NCBI GenBank assembly: GCA_951406725.2
Contig: OX597814.1
Coordinates: 153,202,001 to 153,266,000 of the forward strand
DNA length: 64,000 nt
Origin: Octopus vulgaris
Lineage: Eukaryota
Direction: 5' to 3'
The stretch's first letter is position 1, and every line of letters begins with the position of its first letter. The position numbers were made by a program, and so were the translations under genes. Below the pieces are notes generated by a model. The model was given only the letters and a program-made list of their open reading frames with translations. It made no database searches and had not been told where the DNA came from. Below, piece after piece: positions 23,988 to 37,834 of the stretch.

Positions 23988-26900
23988 CCTCCCCAGCAAG
24001 TATGGAATATAAAACATAAATTACTCAGTATGACAACAAAATTGAGCACAAATAAATCAGTATTGTGACACATAATAGTCCGGAGGTTTTCTTCATCTCG
24101 TTGATCTTGGATATTGACAACTGTATTCTGGAATTGAGTTATTGTTGCTCGGAGCTAACGATGAGCTAACAGGTTCTTCTTCATCTCCCGGCTCTTGGTC
24201 ATCTTCCGAAGAATATCGAAGTTGCAATTGTTCTAGATGAAGTCTCCAAATGGGACCTCTAGGCATAACTTGAACATGAAACGTTCGTGTTCCTTGTTTC
24301 TTCACAGCTATAGCTGGAACCCAACGTAGATCTTGGTTTTTCTTTGGTCCAAAATACAGAGCATAGCATGGATCACCAACTTGAAATTGATTGGAAGTTT
24401 TAAGTACATCTCTCTTGGTAGTCCTTTTCAATTTGGATTGGGCCAAATGAACTGGAGATGGAAGCAAGATGTCAATCTTGGTGCATAATTGACAACTCTT
24501 GAGTAATTCACTTGGTGAGTAGCCACTAGTGGTAGGTGTTCTCCTGAATTGCATCGAGAATGCCAGCAAAGGTTCTTTAGGTATTTTGGAACACTTTCGT
24601 AATGCTTGCTGGAAAGTCTGAATCAAGTGCTCAGCAGCTCCATTCGTTGAAGGATGATAGGAAGCTCTTGTTAGATGAATAATACTTCTCTCCTTACAGT
24701 AGTTTTGAAATTCTTCAGAAGTAAAGCAGGTGGCATTGTCAGACATGATGGTATATGGATATCCAAATTGTGCAAAATCTTCCTCTATCAAATCCATTGT
24801 AGTCTTACTGGAAACTGAAGTAGTGGTATGGATACATGGGTATTTAGTGTATGCATCAGCGACTACTAACCAATTACGCTCTAGAAAGTTGATGGCATGA
24901 TCTACATGCATACGAGACCAAGGCTTTTCGGGCATTATCCATGGATGGATTGCTGGTTTAGGTGGTGCCTTTCTGTGTTCACAGCAAGAAGTGCAGCGGT
25001 GGCAAAGATCTATGATTTCTGCATCAATGTTTGGTCAGTATACTGCAGTCTGCGCTAATTGCTTCATCTGTTGCATACTGAGATGACTTGGTGTAGCAGG
25101 TGTAAGATTCGTTCTTGTAGACTGGTAGGAATGACAAGTCTCATTCATACCGTACAGTAAACATCCATGACATGTGCTCAAAGACTGGGAAAGCTTTTGG
25201 AATTGCTCTACTGGATCATCAGAGTCAAGATGTGAAGGCCAACCTTCTCATGTAAAATGCATCACTTGTGCCAAAACTGGATGTTTAGAGGACTCCTTTC
25301 TGACTAATTTTGAATCTGTAGGCTGGACTTGTAAACTAATCATTTCAATTGCACACACAACGTCAGTATCATCAATTTCTTCCTCCCCATCAAAGATGGA
25401 GTCCTCTCCAGCAGGAAGGTGGCTAAGAGCATCTGCATTTTGATGAAGGTTGCTTTTCTGATACTCTATGACATAGGAAAATTGGTTGAGAAAAAATACC
25501 CAGCAAGCCAAACCTGGCACTGGCTTGTTAGGACCAAAAATTGACAGGAGTGGTTTATGATCAGTTACCAGAATGAATAGTCTGCCAAAAACATACTGAT
25601 AAAACTTCTTTAGGGCAAAAACTTATTGTCAGGGTCTCCTTTTGCATCTGGCTGTAATTGCGTTGAGATGCAGAAATAAGCTTGGAGACATTAGCTATTG
25701 GTTTTTCATCTCCATTTGAATAACGATGGAACAAGGTTGCTCCAATACTGATACTGGATATGCCACATGCTATTCCCAATGGCACAGCAGGATCAAAATG
25801 AACCAGAACTGAATCGGATGTAAGGAGGTCCTTCAACTTCAGGAAAGTGGCTTGTTCCAGTTCACCTCAGTTCCACTCAGCTTCATCATGCAAAAGCCTG
25901 TAGAGAGGTGAAGCAACTGTAGAAAAACTAGGAGGCAAAAACTTTGAATAAAATTGCACTGATTCCAAAAATGACCGCAACTCAGATACCTCCTTGGGTG
26001 CCGACATGTTGATGACAGCATCTACTTTGCGACCTTTTGAAATGCCTTGTTTGGAAAGTATGTGTCCCAGATATTTCAATTTGGGTTAGGCGAATTGACA
26101 CTTCTCTCTGCGACATTGAAGACCTTTTTTCTGTAGACGCTGAAGTAAACGTTCCAGGTTCTGTAAGTGAGACTCTATATCCAGACTGCTGACCAATATG
26201 TCATCTAAGTAGACACCAACATCTGGTAGATCATTTATGATGTCATCCATTATCTTTTGAAAATATCCAGGGGCTGAAGAAATTCTGATTGGTAACACAT
26301 TTTGAAGTAAAACTCCTTGGTGAGTGCTTAAAGCTAGATGTCTTCGACTCTCTGGAGCAAGCTTGATTTGGTTGTAAGCATCCGCGCAGTCAATTTTTGT
26401 GAATCCATGACCTCCTCCTAATTTTCACATCAATTCTTCTGGTAATGGAAGTGGATGTTGATGAATTTCCAACTGAGAATTTACTGTCACAGAATAATCA
26501 CCACAAATTCGTAAGGGCGTACCTGTAGTTTGGGACGTCTGTTTTTTTCGGACTGGAACAACTGGAGTACCCCATTCATTGAATGGAACCGGAGTCCAAA
26601 TTCCTTTCTTTATGCCAGCATTAATAGCTTGAGTTAAATCAGCTTGGAGAGTGAAAGGAACAGACTCTGGTTTGCAGAAAAGAGGCTTAGCATTGGATTT
26701 GAATTGCATATCCAGCTCAAAACCTTGAAGACAGCCCAACTCTGGCTTGAACAACTCCACATATTCATTGCAAAGTTTCGAACATGACTCTTGCAAATGT
26801 GCATCTACTTCACGGAGATGAGAAGATAGCACCTTTACTTCCATGTTAGATTCCCTGGAAAACAGAAGATTGTCAATTGAAATCTTTAGTTTTGTAATAG

Positions 26901-27320
26901 CATCTTGTCTTAATAAGTTCAAATTTTGAACTTTGGAAACGTGGTACATGATGGCACAAGTTTTATCAGCATGGGGTTTAACACTGGTTTAACCCACAAA
27001 AGTACCTACAATTGGAAGAGCGTGTGTTTGCTAGCTGATTGATACTGCAAGGTAGCTGGTTGAAGTTCCGGTTTTCCCAATTCTGACCATAATTCTTCTG
27101 AAATGAAGTTTCCTCCTATTGCAGTGTCCAGCTCCATGTGCACCAGCTTGGAATGGATATGGACTCGAACAAGTAATTGGGGAACCCAGCAAGAATTATC
27201 AGAAACAGTAGAAAGGTTACAAATTTCTAGACTTCTTACCGTATTACCAGCATTACTAGGATTTTGCAACCATGCTTTCTTTCGGCATACTAACTCTAAG
27301 CGCACTCGAATCTTTCCAGC
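23988..27320 (-). mobile_element. Ty3/Gypsy LTR retrotransposon internal region (degenerate pol: PR-RT-RNase H-IN), 5'-truncated
   Basis: Protease MELDTA; RT WGTPVVPV, LRICGDY, YLDD; RNase H; integrase VDHA, SDNA, YHPSTNGAAE; gypsy domain order; multiple stops and frameshifts; no 5' LTR seen. Confidence 0.95.
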
Positions 27321-27395
27321 GTGCCAGCCCAGTCAAACAGTTCAACCCATGCTAGCATGGACAACGGATGTTAAATGATGATGATGATGATGATA
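27321..27395 (+). mobile_element. RTE-type 3' tail fragment at the gypsy truncation point
   Basis: cagtcaaac..aacccatgctagcatgg..gttaaa(tga)n. Confidence 0.75.
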
Positions 27396-28639
27396 AACAT
27401 CTTAAACAAGCAAATAACTTAATTCTAATAGATCATTTCACACTTTTACTTCTCTACCTCATCCTTCATTCTTTTGCTGTGATGTAACAAAATTAGATCG
27501 TTTGATCATTTAGTATGTTTATGTTTATAGTGCAAGAAGAAAAATAATCAATAATGGAAGAATTTAAAGAACAGAAATATTTGATAAATAAACTGTTTCC
27601 ATTTTTTTGCTTATGTCTTCAATATTGTATCCCTGAAATGTTACAAGTTCTCTAATAAAGCCCTTTTTAAAATTGTAAATAAATGTCTTTTAAAACCATA
27701 TTTGTTATTTCTCCTTAAAATATTTCAAAATTTGGTGCTTTGATCTTTCAATACTATCACATTTGGTTTTCTAAATTTTCAGTCTTTCAAACTATTAATT
27801 TTTTAATATTTCAGTCTTTTGAAATTTGGCCTTGTTGTGTAAGTCTTATCAGCATCTATTTGAAAGAATCTAGCTAAACTTTGAGTGAAAAAGAAAGTAA
27901 TCACCCCAGAACAAATAACTAAGTTATACCTATTCTTTACCAACACTATCTCGACTATTTGCACTCCTCTTTATAAGCTAACATTATCCTTCTGTATTGC
28001 AAGCCATCATTCCCTCCAAGTGACATGCTATTGACATCCATCACATTCTCTTATCACCGACCATTCTCATGACTATTCATAATTTATTCTCTTAATGGTT
28101 ACCAGCAAATATGTGGTAGCCATTAGTGTCTCTCTTCCATTACTGTCTCTATTTAAGCCCTACTGTTACTGCCTCTCTGCCACTATCACGTCCCATTCCT
28201 TACCTCTTTTACACTGTCACCCCAATCATTCTGTACCCCATCTAACATTGTGCTCTTGCCTCTTCCACTCTTCACTCTAGTTCATCTCCCTCTTTTCTGC
28301 CTATTTGTCATGTGTTGACCAAAATGAGAGACAGTGGTGAGAGCTCTTTTGTTTTACGAGTACAAAGCAACTACGTTAGTGCTGATATCCTAATAAAATA
28401 CACTCCTTTGCTATCTGTTGGTGTTAAGAAGGGCATCAAGCCATAGAAAGCAGACAAAAAAATACAACCTATAAGCGAAAGGTCCCAAACCTTGACGACC
28501 CATTCAACCTATACAACCAAAAAAAGCGGACGTAAAACTATGATTGATGATATACATACATACAAGTATGTCTGTATGGTTGCAATGTATAATATGTATG
28601 CGTGAGTGTATGTGATCTCAACGCCAAGGTATCTTTGTT

Positions 28640-28941
28640 CTAACTACCAATGTCAACCGCAAGAGTGCGCTGCAAATAACAAATGATATCGTACTTGTCG
28701 GCAGGCGCAGTCACAGCCACCACCTCTGCCTCTACCGCGTTCTCTTGTCTGTCTCAACCAAGCTGCCATATTGAGGCTTTAACAAGATTGGTTGGTGTGG
28801 AACAAATAATTCGACAGTCTAAACCTCTTAGTTCACTCACACACACTTATAAATATATATATACACACATATATACGTACACACCTACACACACATTCTA
28901 CAGATACGCTTATACATTTATATCCTTAAGAAACAGGCAGC
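28640..28941 (+). promoter_or_regulatory. Probable CDC73 promoter / 5' UTR
   Basis: Local GC/CpG enrichment directly upstream of the ATG; YY1-like GCCATATT near 28765; TSS cannot be determined. Confidence 0.45.
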
Positions 28942-29072
28942 ATGGCTGATGTTCTTAGCATTCTTCGTCAGTATAATATCAACAAAAAGGAGATAATTGA
29001 TAAAGGCGATCAAGTTATATTTGGAGAATTCGCTTGGCCAAAATCAACTAAAACTAATTACATTGTTTGGGG
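28942..29072 (+). CDS. CDC73: Parafibromin (PAF1 complex subunit), coding exon 1
   Basis: [44 protein letters not shown]; 131 nt; donor gtaagt. Confidence 0.97.
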
Positions 29073-32000
29073 GTAAGTACCTGTTTTGTCTTTAAAATCT
29101 CATCCCATTTTTTATTTTCATCCTATATATAGTTGATTTCTCTTTTTTTCCCCTCTCCACCACTGCTTATGCGCATCTTATATTTTATTCATTACACCTC
29201 TCAGGTCTTCAGACGAACTAACACTAATTTTGTTTACTGATTTTTCTCAGACTTTTAATAATACCCACATTGTTATCTTAATGCCTTTAAATTTTAAGGT
29301 GCTAACAACTTATTTTTGTCTTGTGGTTCACTGAAACCCCTTCACCACCGAATAATATATATATATATATTTTACACGATGTATGTATATAATGTATACA
29401 TGATTGCATGTTATAATCTAATGCGTGTATATGTGTGGACCAATTCTGGAATTTTGTAAATATAGTTAGTAACTCTTAAGATTCTAAGGTATATTTTATT
29501 TTCCTGAATACTGTTTACGTTTTTACTTCCTACACAACAGAAATAAAATGTGGATACAGTGTATATGATGACAATAATCTTAACAGGTCTATCGTTGAAT
29601 TCATTCGTTCCTCAAAATTCAACGTTTGTTTTTCTGTCTGTCTCTACCTTGTTAAACTATTTAATTTGAAAGTAAAACGGGAAGTTCTCTATTTTAAGTT
29701 AATGTTAGAACATTTTAAAAATATTTTATCCCAGAATATTCTCTGTGGAACTTGCTGTTGTTTCCGGATGAGATTCAAAATAATTTTGAATATATTTTTA
29801 TTAAATGTGAAATAAACGAGTTGGTGTTATATAAAAAATAGTTTTTGCAATCTGTCTGATATTTCATTTTCTATTTCGTTTAATTTTGTTCAGTATACAA
29901 GAAAAGGTTGTAAGATTTAAGTCATAAATATTTCTTCTACAAATGTCGAGTGTATGTATGTATATGAAATTTATATTTGAAACTATAAGTGCATTTATAA
30001 GCATAAAACGACGAATGTAGAGTAAAGAGGATTCAATATATACGAGCCAACGAAACTTTAGAGCCATAGTCACCCTGTATTTCGTTTGAAAAATGTGTGT
30101 GTAAATTTTTTTTAGGTTTAATTAATATTTTCAGGTTTTTCATATAAATTTAAAACTAGTCTTTTACTGATACATTTTAAGCACAGTTATTAGAGGAGTT
30201 ATTAGAAATAGTGTTGAAAGGAATAAAAGTAACACTATTGTTTGGTTTATAAATTTAAAATTATACTACTTAAGTTGCATTTTAAAACTTAAAATCGTAT
30301 ATTGGTAATTTAAAAAAAAAATTTATAATATATTTTTTTTACATGCTTGCATTCCACTACACTGATTTTCTTGCCTGCCATAAGTGAAGTGTAAAAAGTA
30401 ATTACCTACAATAAAATAAAATTTATGAAACCAATGTCTAGAAACTACTACTTTTCAAAGTAGATAACTATTAATTTATACGAAATCACTTTTGTGGATA
30501 TTTCAAGAATAAATGCTGTAAATGTTCTTGATATCTTTTGCTTTGATAGATTAATCAGATAAAAGAAATTAAGGGTTAAAGTTAGTGTTACAAAAGTAAT
30601 AATTCTAAGTTTTTAAGTAACCAACCGTAAGTAGTCTTATTAAAATGATTCCATTGCGTTGGTAAAATTTAATAAAAGCCTTAATTCTTATTTAATTATA
30701 TTTAGTAATGAAGTCGTTATGGCAATGATTAAAGAACAATGTGCAGAGATGATGGAAGCAAAATGTAGGTGATATATATAACCGGAGCGTTGAATATGAA
30801 ACATTAGAATTCTTATATATTGGACATGGGGGTTTGGTATTCTTTATTTATTATTGTCGTAGACGAGTTAACATTCAACTCTTCGTCTATTTCATAATTT
30901 CTCTCTCTACTCCATCCTTTTGTACATTGGTATAAACTATGACATCTTGCCAAAAACCTTAACTTCGTGTCAACAGTATGTCATCACATCTCTAATGAAT
31001 TTTTTGATTTTGGTGAAATGCAGTGTAGTGATCTCTCTGATCCGTATAGGTACAGAAAATAGATTATGTTAGGATTAATTGCAATGTATATTGTTTACAA
31101 TTGTTGTTTAGAATCAGGTCGGCTTTGATTCGGCATATCTTTCACCCAGCTATCTTTTTAGAAGATATCCCGGACTATTTTACGTAACGTTATTTTAGAC
31201 ATTAGGTTGTGATTTGAAGGAAATTTGGCTGCTATTTGTACTTGGATAAGCGACCACACAGTAGATCTCTTGTTGGCTCGTAGTGGAGGGAGTTGCTTTT
31301 ATAGTTTTAATACCATCCTTTTTTTAAATTTCGTGTTTCTTGTTATCAGGAAATGAACCCCACTTAATTAATTTCAGTCCTTGGATTCAGATCCAAAATA
31401 TTGCACTTATTTAAATGAATTAGGAAAATATCTGAGAATGAAAGATACTGAAACTATCTTCCAAGTCATGTCCCTTCACATCCCTCTAAAAACAAAAACA
31501 CCTAACTCCAAATCCACCAAGTAGTTCACTTGTAGCTATACTGAAGTAGCAGAGGAAAAGAACATGTCATCTTACAAAACTCTCTCACATTTAACTATCA
31601 GATTACTTTTACCCAGTACTGCAACTCCTGAAAATGCAAAATATCCTTCTGGACCCCCACCCAAACTGCAAGCTCTCTCATTTTCCCAAACTGGCCATAA
31701 TTTTTGAAAGTATCTTCCAACTTTGTGGAATCCTACTCACCACTTCTCTTCTGTGATAGCTCTATAAGCAGTTCTCTTGTGAAAGCACTCCTAGTTACTT
31801 CAACCCAAAAAGGCTTTTGGCTTTGACTATATCTTTTCCATTACCTTCAGATTGTGTGCCTTAGAGGTCTTCTATTTCTCTCTTGTCTTCAGTGGTCTGT
31901 ACTGTCTTCTGGAAATATACTACGTTGTGTCTCATTCCCAACAGTAACTTTTGCCTTATATTGACCTTTCATTCTCACTTTCAACATCTCAAAGATGTTG

Positions 32001-32509
32001 CAGACAGTTAACAGTCTCACTGTTTCTTCTTACTAATTTTCATTATTTTCTAATCTTCCACACACAAGCATCATTCACATGCACTCTTTACGTCTCACAT
32101 TATTACAGCTATGAATGAAGATTTCAAACAATCTTCAGTGTGGACATATTAACTCTGTAACCATTTCTCATATCAAAGAGACAGTCTTGCACCTCATCTC
32201 CATTAGTTTTTGACATGTTATTAAAACTCTCAAAATTACTACAAGTGTTAAACCTCAGAATCACTGATTTTTGTCACTCTCATTCATAACAACAAAGACT
32301 GATCTTCCTCTTCAGAGCCAGAAAAGTCTTCTGCTCTGTGAGATCCACAAATGAATACTGCTCCAACATACTAAATTACACCTACAAGAAGGCAACCAGG
32401 CTGATTGACAAGGAGTCACTCACCAATATATTTCAATTAGTACTTCACAGATGCATTGTCCCCTCTAGCTACTGTCTCTACTGTTACTACATTGGTTTCC
32501 ACTCCCCTT

Positions 32510-33343
32510 CATCATCATTTACTGTCTGTTTTCCGTGCTGACATTAGTTGGACAGTTAGATTGGAAACTGGTAAGCTAGGGAGCTACACCAGGTTCCAAT
32601 CTGATTTGGCATGGTTTCTACAGCTGGATGCCCATCCTAACACTAACCACTTCAAGAATGTAGTGGGTGCTTTTTATGCTACCAGCATAGGTGCCAAGCA
32701 TGGTATATCACCAAAAGTCTTGGTCACTTGCTACTGCCTCCATGAGGCTCAATGTTTGAAGGGTGCTAGTTATGCGACACTGGCTTCGGCCATGACTACA
32801 ATTTCACTTGGCTTAACAGGTTTTCTCAAGTATGGCATATCACTCAATGTTTGAAGGGTGCTTTTTATATGCTACTGGGATGGGTGCCAGATATGCAACA
32901 CTGGCCACAACTATGGTATCACTTGGTTTCACTGGTTTTCTCAAGCATGACATGTTGCCAAAAGTCTTGGTCACTTTGCCTCTGTGAGGCCCAGCATTTC
33001 AAGATCATGCTTCACCACCTTGTCCCATGTCATCCTTGGTCTACCTCTTCCACAGATTCCCTCTTGAGAGATTGGCATTTCTTCACATAGCTATCCTCAT
33101 CCATATGCATCACATGACCATATTAGTACTGTCGTCTCTTCCACACATCTGATGCCTCTTATGTCCAACCTTTCTCTCAAGATGCTTAAACTTTGTTGTG
33201 CATGCACACTAACATTGCATATCCAGTGAACATACTAGCTTCATTTCTTTCAAGCCTACACCTGTGCTTGGCGGTCACAGCCCATGTTTCACTGCTGTGT
33301 AGCATGGCTTTTTCACACTCAAGCATCATACAATCAGCCTTTC
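32510..33343 (-). mobile_element. RTE LINE 3' fragment
   Basis: Reverse complement of the ORF end and 3' UTR seen at 1400-2290. Confidence 0.85.
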
Positions 33344-34902
33344 CTCAGAACTAGCTAATTGCATACTACCTTTACTCTAGCCCACCCAGCACTCCTTTCT
33401 TTCATCAGTCATACATACCCTCCACCCAGACTCAAGACTAATCACTTTTTCAGTCCACACCAGAGCATGACCCTCCCCCTCCCTCAACCTGCCTTCCTAG
33501 AATTTTCTTCAACTTTTCCAGCTGATCATCAAATGTGTCAGTCTCCCCAGTCATAAAGAGCCTGTGAAGGTGAACACTGTATCTCACTTTTCTCTTAATC
33601 ATAGCAGAAAAAACAAAGAAACTAATTTCTTGTCATTGCATATAACACTATCTAATACTAAAGCCTAGGATCTTTAAATAGTGCTGTTTTCTTAACTATT
33701 GCAAAGAGAATAATGTGCACTATTTTCTAAATGGATTCGCAAAAAGTTATTAAAATTGTGAATTAATTTGGGTACTGAATTAGCAGTCTAGTTAACAGGA
33801 TTTCAGGAATACTGTCAAGAAATGACATTGTTGGTGTCTGTGGTGTCTTAATCCTTCTGTCCTTCAGCGGTACCTTAGGCCAACCGTCTATTCAACATTA
33901 AGTTCTTATCCTTTTTCTATAGAGTGTACCTGCCAATTCCCTTTGTGCTATGTGTTTTTGGAAGAGTTTTTTTTTGCATAAATTCTTCTCATGAACCAAT
34001 GATAGGCCCATTACAAATATATCTTTCATGTGTGTGTGCATATGTATATATCATCATCATCATGTGTGTTTAGATAATATACACATACATAACAGGCTCT
34101 TCCACAGTTTCCACTGTCAAATTGGTCAATTTGAGGCTCTGTTAACCCTTTTGTTATCATATTTCTGTTAAAATAAGCTATTTTTTTTTTGTTTCAATTA
34201 ATTAAAAAAAATAATGAAGAATTTAGCAAAATGACTGTTCTATAACTAAGCAGGTTTTTGGAATGTAAATCAACATAAAATTTTGCTAAAAAGTTTTGAT
34301 CTAGTTCATTTTTAAACAGGATGCTGGTTTCAAAGAACAAGGGATTGTCTCAGGCAGGTTCATGTCAAAAGAGTTAGGAGACATTTGTTTAAAGTGTTAC
34401 ACAGTGGGCTTGAACCTGGAATCATGTGGTTGCGATGCAGCCTTAACTGCACAGCTACATTTCCCAAATTCTTAGAAGTTTCATCATTCCATATGCCTTG
34501 ATCATAGTTTTCATGCACTTTTAATTTTCCCAAAGCTCATTGATATTACAGACTTACCAAAGTTGCTAGCTACAATGAAGATATTACTGACATATACTTT
34601 TTGAGGTCATTTTAATAATGTTCCATATAACTTGTCTTAGCTTGTTCACATCAAACATGAAAGCTATTTACTATCAGTAAATAACCTGACCAACATTTTT
34701 ACCACTCACCCAAACTATATTTATTACAAGCAAAAAAAAAATCAAGAGTCTAAGAAAAACAAAGGCTGTCTGTGTTGACCAAAATGATTTAGTGATGTTC
34801 ATTAATTTGGATAAGTTTGCATGCCAGTGAGAGAAGGGGATCCTGATTTTGGGACTGATTTTATGTTTGAAAGAGAGAGTAGGAAATTTGAGGTAGTACT
34901 AG

Positions 34903-35065
34903 GTGCAGGTGTGGCTGTGTGACAAGAAGTTTGCTTCCTGACCACATGGTTCTGTGTTCAGTCACATTGTGTGAAACCTTGGGTAAGTGTCTTATACCAT
35001 AGCCTTGGGCCGACCAAAGCCTTGTAAGTGGATTTGGTAGACAGAAACTGAAAGAAGCCTGTCAT
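34903..35065 (+). mobile_element. tRNA-derived SINE (second family)
   Basis: gtggctgtgtg..aagaagtttgcttcc..ggttc head; body ccttgggccgaccaaagccttg..gatttggtagac; related degenerate copy near 2478-2600. Confidence 0.65.
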
Positions 35066-35070
35066 GTGTA

Positions 35071-35272
35071 TACGACTGGGGTGCTGAAAAGTTCCTGGTT
35101 TTGGGTAAAAGAAAATACATGATCAGTTTATGATTTTATTCAACATATTCCCCTTTCAGATTCACACATTGCAGCAGTCCTTCAGTTTTTCTAAGCCCTG
35201 TAAAAACAACTTGGAAGGTTTGGCCTCCTACCAGTCCTTTCACAATATCCTTAAAACCAGGAACTTTTCAGT
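35071..35272. mobile_element. Mariner-type MITE
   Basis: TIR core CTGAAAAGTTCCTGGTTTT / AAAACCAGGAACTTTTCAG in TA-rich flanks. Confidence 0.7.
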
Positions 35273-35297
35273 ATATATATATGTGTGTGTGTATATT

Positions 35298-35792
35298 TAT
35301 TGGGTCATAAGATTGGAACCTGGTGCAGCCTTTTGGCTCACCAACCCTCAGTCAAACCATCCAATCCATACCAGCATGGAAAGTGGACGTTAAACGACGA
35401 CACTGATAATGATGATCCCATAAATAATACAGTTTTTCAATTGCGTGAATTAAAAGTCGGAGGTGGATGGGATAAACTACCTACATCAACTTATTATAAA
35501 AGTAGGTAGTAATTTTACCTTGTTACTATTCATATATTTATCTATCTGGTAGTCTACCAGTTAGATAAATATATGAATTCTGTAGACGTAATCAGAACAG
35601 TACTGGAAGAGTATTTTTCGTCATGGACAAGTAAATTTTGAAAGAGGAGCCTTGCAAGTCTACCAGATAGATGGAAGAGCATTGTAGAAAATGGAGAGTA
35701 TATTTTAGATTAAAAAAGAACTTTGTTTATCTTAACTTTGAAAAATATAAGAAGTATAAAAAAACTGCATTATTTATGGGATGACCTAAAAT
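35298..35792 (+). mobile_element. Internally deleted mariner element; left TIR split by an RTE tail insertion
   Basis: Transposase C-terminus LEEYFSS...LPDRWKSIVENGEYILD*; right TIR attatttatgggatgacc; left TIR tattgggtcat|cccataaataat interrupted at about 35309-35416. Confidence 0.75.
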
Positions 35793-35797
35793 ATATA

Positions 35798-36968
35798 TTC
35801 CAGGGAGAAAAACTAGAAGTAGTTGATAGCTTCCGTTACCTAGGTGACCAAGTCAGTAGCAGAGGTGGGTGCTCTGAAAGTGTAGCTGCTAGAATAAGAA
35901 TAGCCTGGACAAAGTTCAGAGTGCTCCTACCTCTGCTGGTGACAAAGGGCCTCTCGCTCAGAGTAAAAGGTAGACTGTATGATGCATGCGTATGAACAGC
36001 CATACTACGTGGTAGTGAAACATGGGCCGTGACTGCTGAGGACATACGTAAGCTTGCAAGGAACAAAGCCAGTATGCTCCGCTGGATGGGTAATATCAGT
36101 GTGCATACTTGAGAGTGTAAGGGCCTTGAGAGAAAAGTTGGATGTGGTGTGCAAGAGAGATGACTGTGCTGGTATGGTCATGTGGTGGGAATGGATGAGG
36201 ATAGCTGTGTGAAAAAGTGTCACACCCTAGCGGTTGAGGGAACCTGTGGAAGAGGTAGACCCAGGATGAACTGGTATGAAGTGGTGAACATTTGAACATT
36301 AAGCCTCACTGAAGCAATGATTAGTGACTGAGACCTTTGGAAATATGCTGTGCTTGAGAAGACCTGGCAAGCCAAGTGAGACCGTAACTCATGGCCTATG
36401 CCAGTGGTGTAACCAGCCCACTTATGCGTACCTTTCCTTCATTGGACACTAAACTCTGCTTGCGAAGACCTGTTGAGGCAAGTGAAATCGAAATTAAATT
36501 TGATGACAGCACTGCATGACTGCATCTGTGCTAGTAGAACGCTGAGAGCACTATCCGTGCGTGATTGTTGCCATTACTGCTGACTGGCTTCCGTGCTGGT
36601 GGCATGTAAAAAGTACCATTCGAGCGTGATCATTACCAACGTCGCCTTACTGGCACTTGTGCTGGTGGCACGTGAAAAACAACATTTGAGTGAGGTTTTT
36701 GCCAGTGCCACTGGACTGGCTCTTGTGCAGGTGGAACGTAAAAAACACCATTTGAGTGTGGTCATTGCCAGTACCACCTGACTGGCCCTCGTGCCGATGG
36801 CACATAAAAGCACCCACTACACTCTTAGAGTGGTTGGCGTTAAGAAGGGCATCCAGCTGTAGAAACTCTGCCAGATTAGATTGGAGCCTGGTGCAGCTAT
36901 CTGGCTTGGCAGTCCTCACTCAGACTGTCCAACCCATGGCAGCATGGAAAGCAGATGATGATGATGAT
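35798..36968 (+). mobile_element. RTE LINE 3' fragment with modular UTR and (GAT)n tail
   Basis: QGEKLEVVDSFRYLGD...LRVKGRLYDACV; GRGRP; UTR as at 1880-2290. Confidence 0.9.
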
Positions 36969-37695
36969 GTGTATGTTTTTGTGTCTGTGTTTATCCCCCG
37001 TCACTGCTTGACAACCAGTGTTGGTGTGTTTACATCCCTGTAAGTTATCAGCTCTGCAAAAGAGACCAATAGACTAAGTACCAGGCTTAAAAAAAGTTCT
37101 GGGGTTGATTCAGTCAACTAAAAATCCATCAAGGTGGTGCCCCAGGAGGGCTGCAGTCTAATGACTGAAACAAATAAAAGATTAGATTCTATTAAGAACA
37201 TTTTCATAAATGAGTGTTGGATAGTGGGTCAGTAAGCCAGAGTGAAGTGCATGTGTGAGGAGAAGGACAATGATGCAGTTGGTGGGGGAGAGAAACAAAA
37301 AGAGTGGTGATGATATGTCATCTTCTGCTTGAAATTAGCCAATGATTCAACCAGTTACAACCAGAAATAATTGTCTGTCACAGCTCAAATTTGAAACTCA
37401 TTGCGACTAACCTCGTAACCCAAATTTTCCTTCTACAAACCCAACATTCCAAGTCCCTCTGTTCATTCCACTTGTAATTGTATATCTGATCTTCTCTTCA
37501 GATATCTTAACAAGTGTTCTCACTTCTAGTCTTTTCCTTACCTTCTGACATTAATAATATTAACCATACCCTGAATCAATCTTTTCCAGTACTGTGTTAG
37601 TCCAATATCTCTATGACAAGTTGAATTGGCCAGCACCCTTCCTTAAATCTGTGGAATTCAAAATCAAGTCAAATTTAATTCAGATATGTCTCTTA

Positions 37696-37834
37696 TACAG
37701 AGGTTGGCAAAAGTAGGTATATAGTTGCTTAATATGAGTGGAATGCTTTTTTCAGTTCTCTCTTTTTTATGATAAGGATTCTATGATTCTATGTTCGTTT
37801 TAACTAAACTGTACCTACTTTTGGCCACCCCTAT
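37696..37834. mobile_element. Short Tc1/mariner-type MITE
   Basis: TIRs tacagaggttggcaaaagtaggta / tacctacttttggccacccctata. Confidence 0.65.

Noticed and set aside
24093-24935. 280-aa integrase ORF as a domesticated gene
   Set aside because: Part of a decayed gypsy pol with stops and frameshifts upstream and an adjacent PPT and LTR; nothing indicates selection
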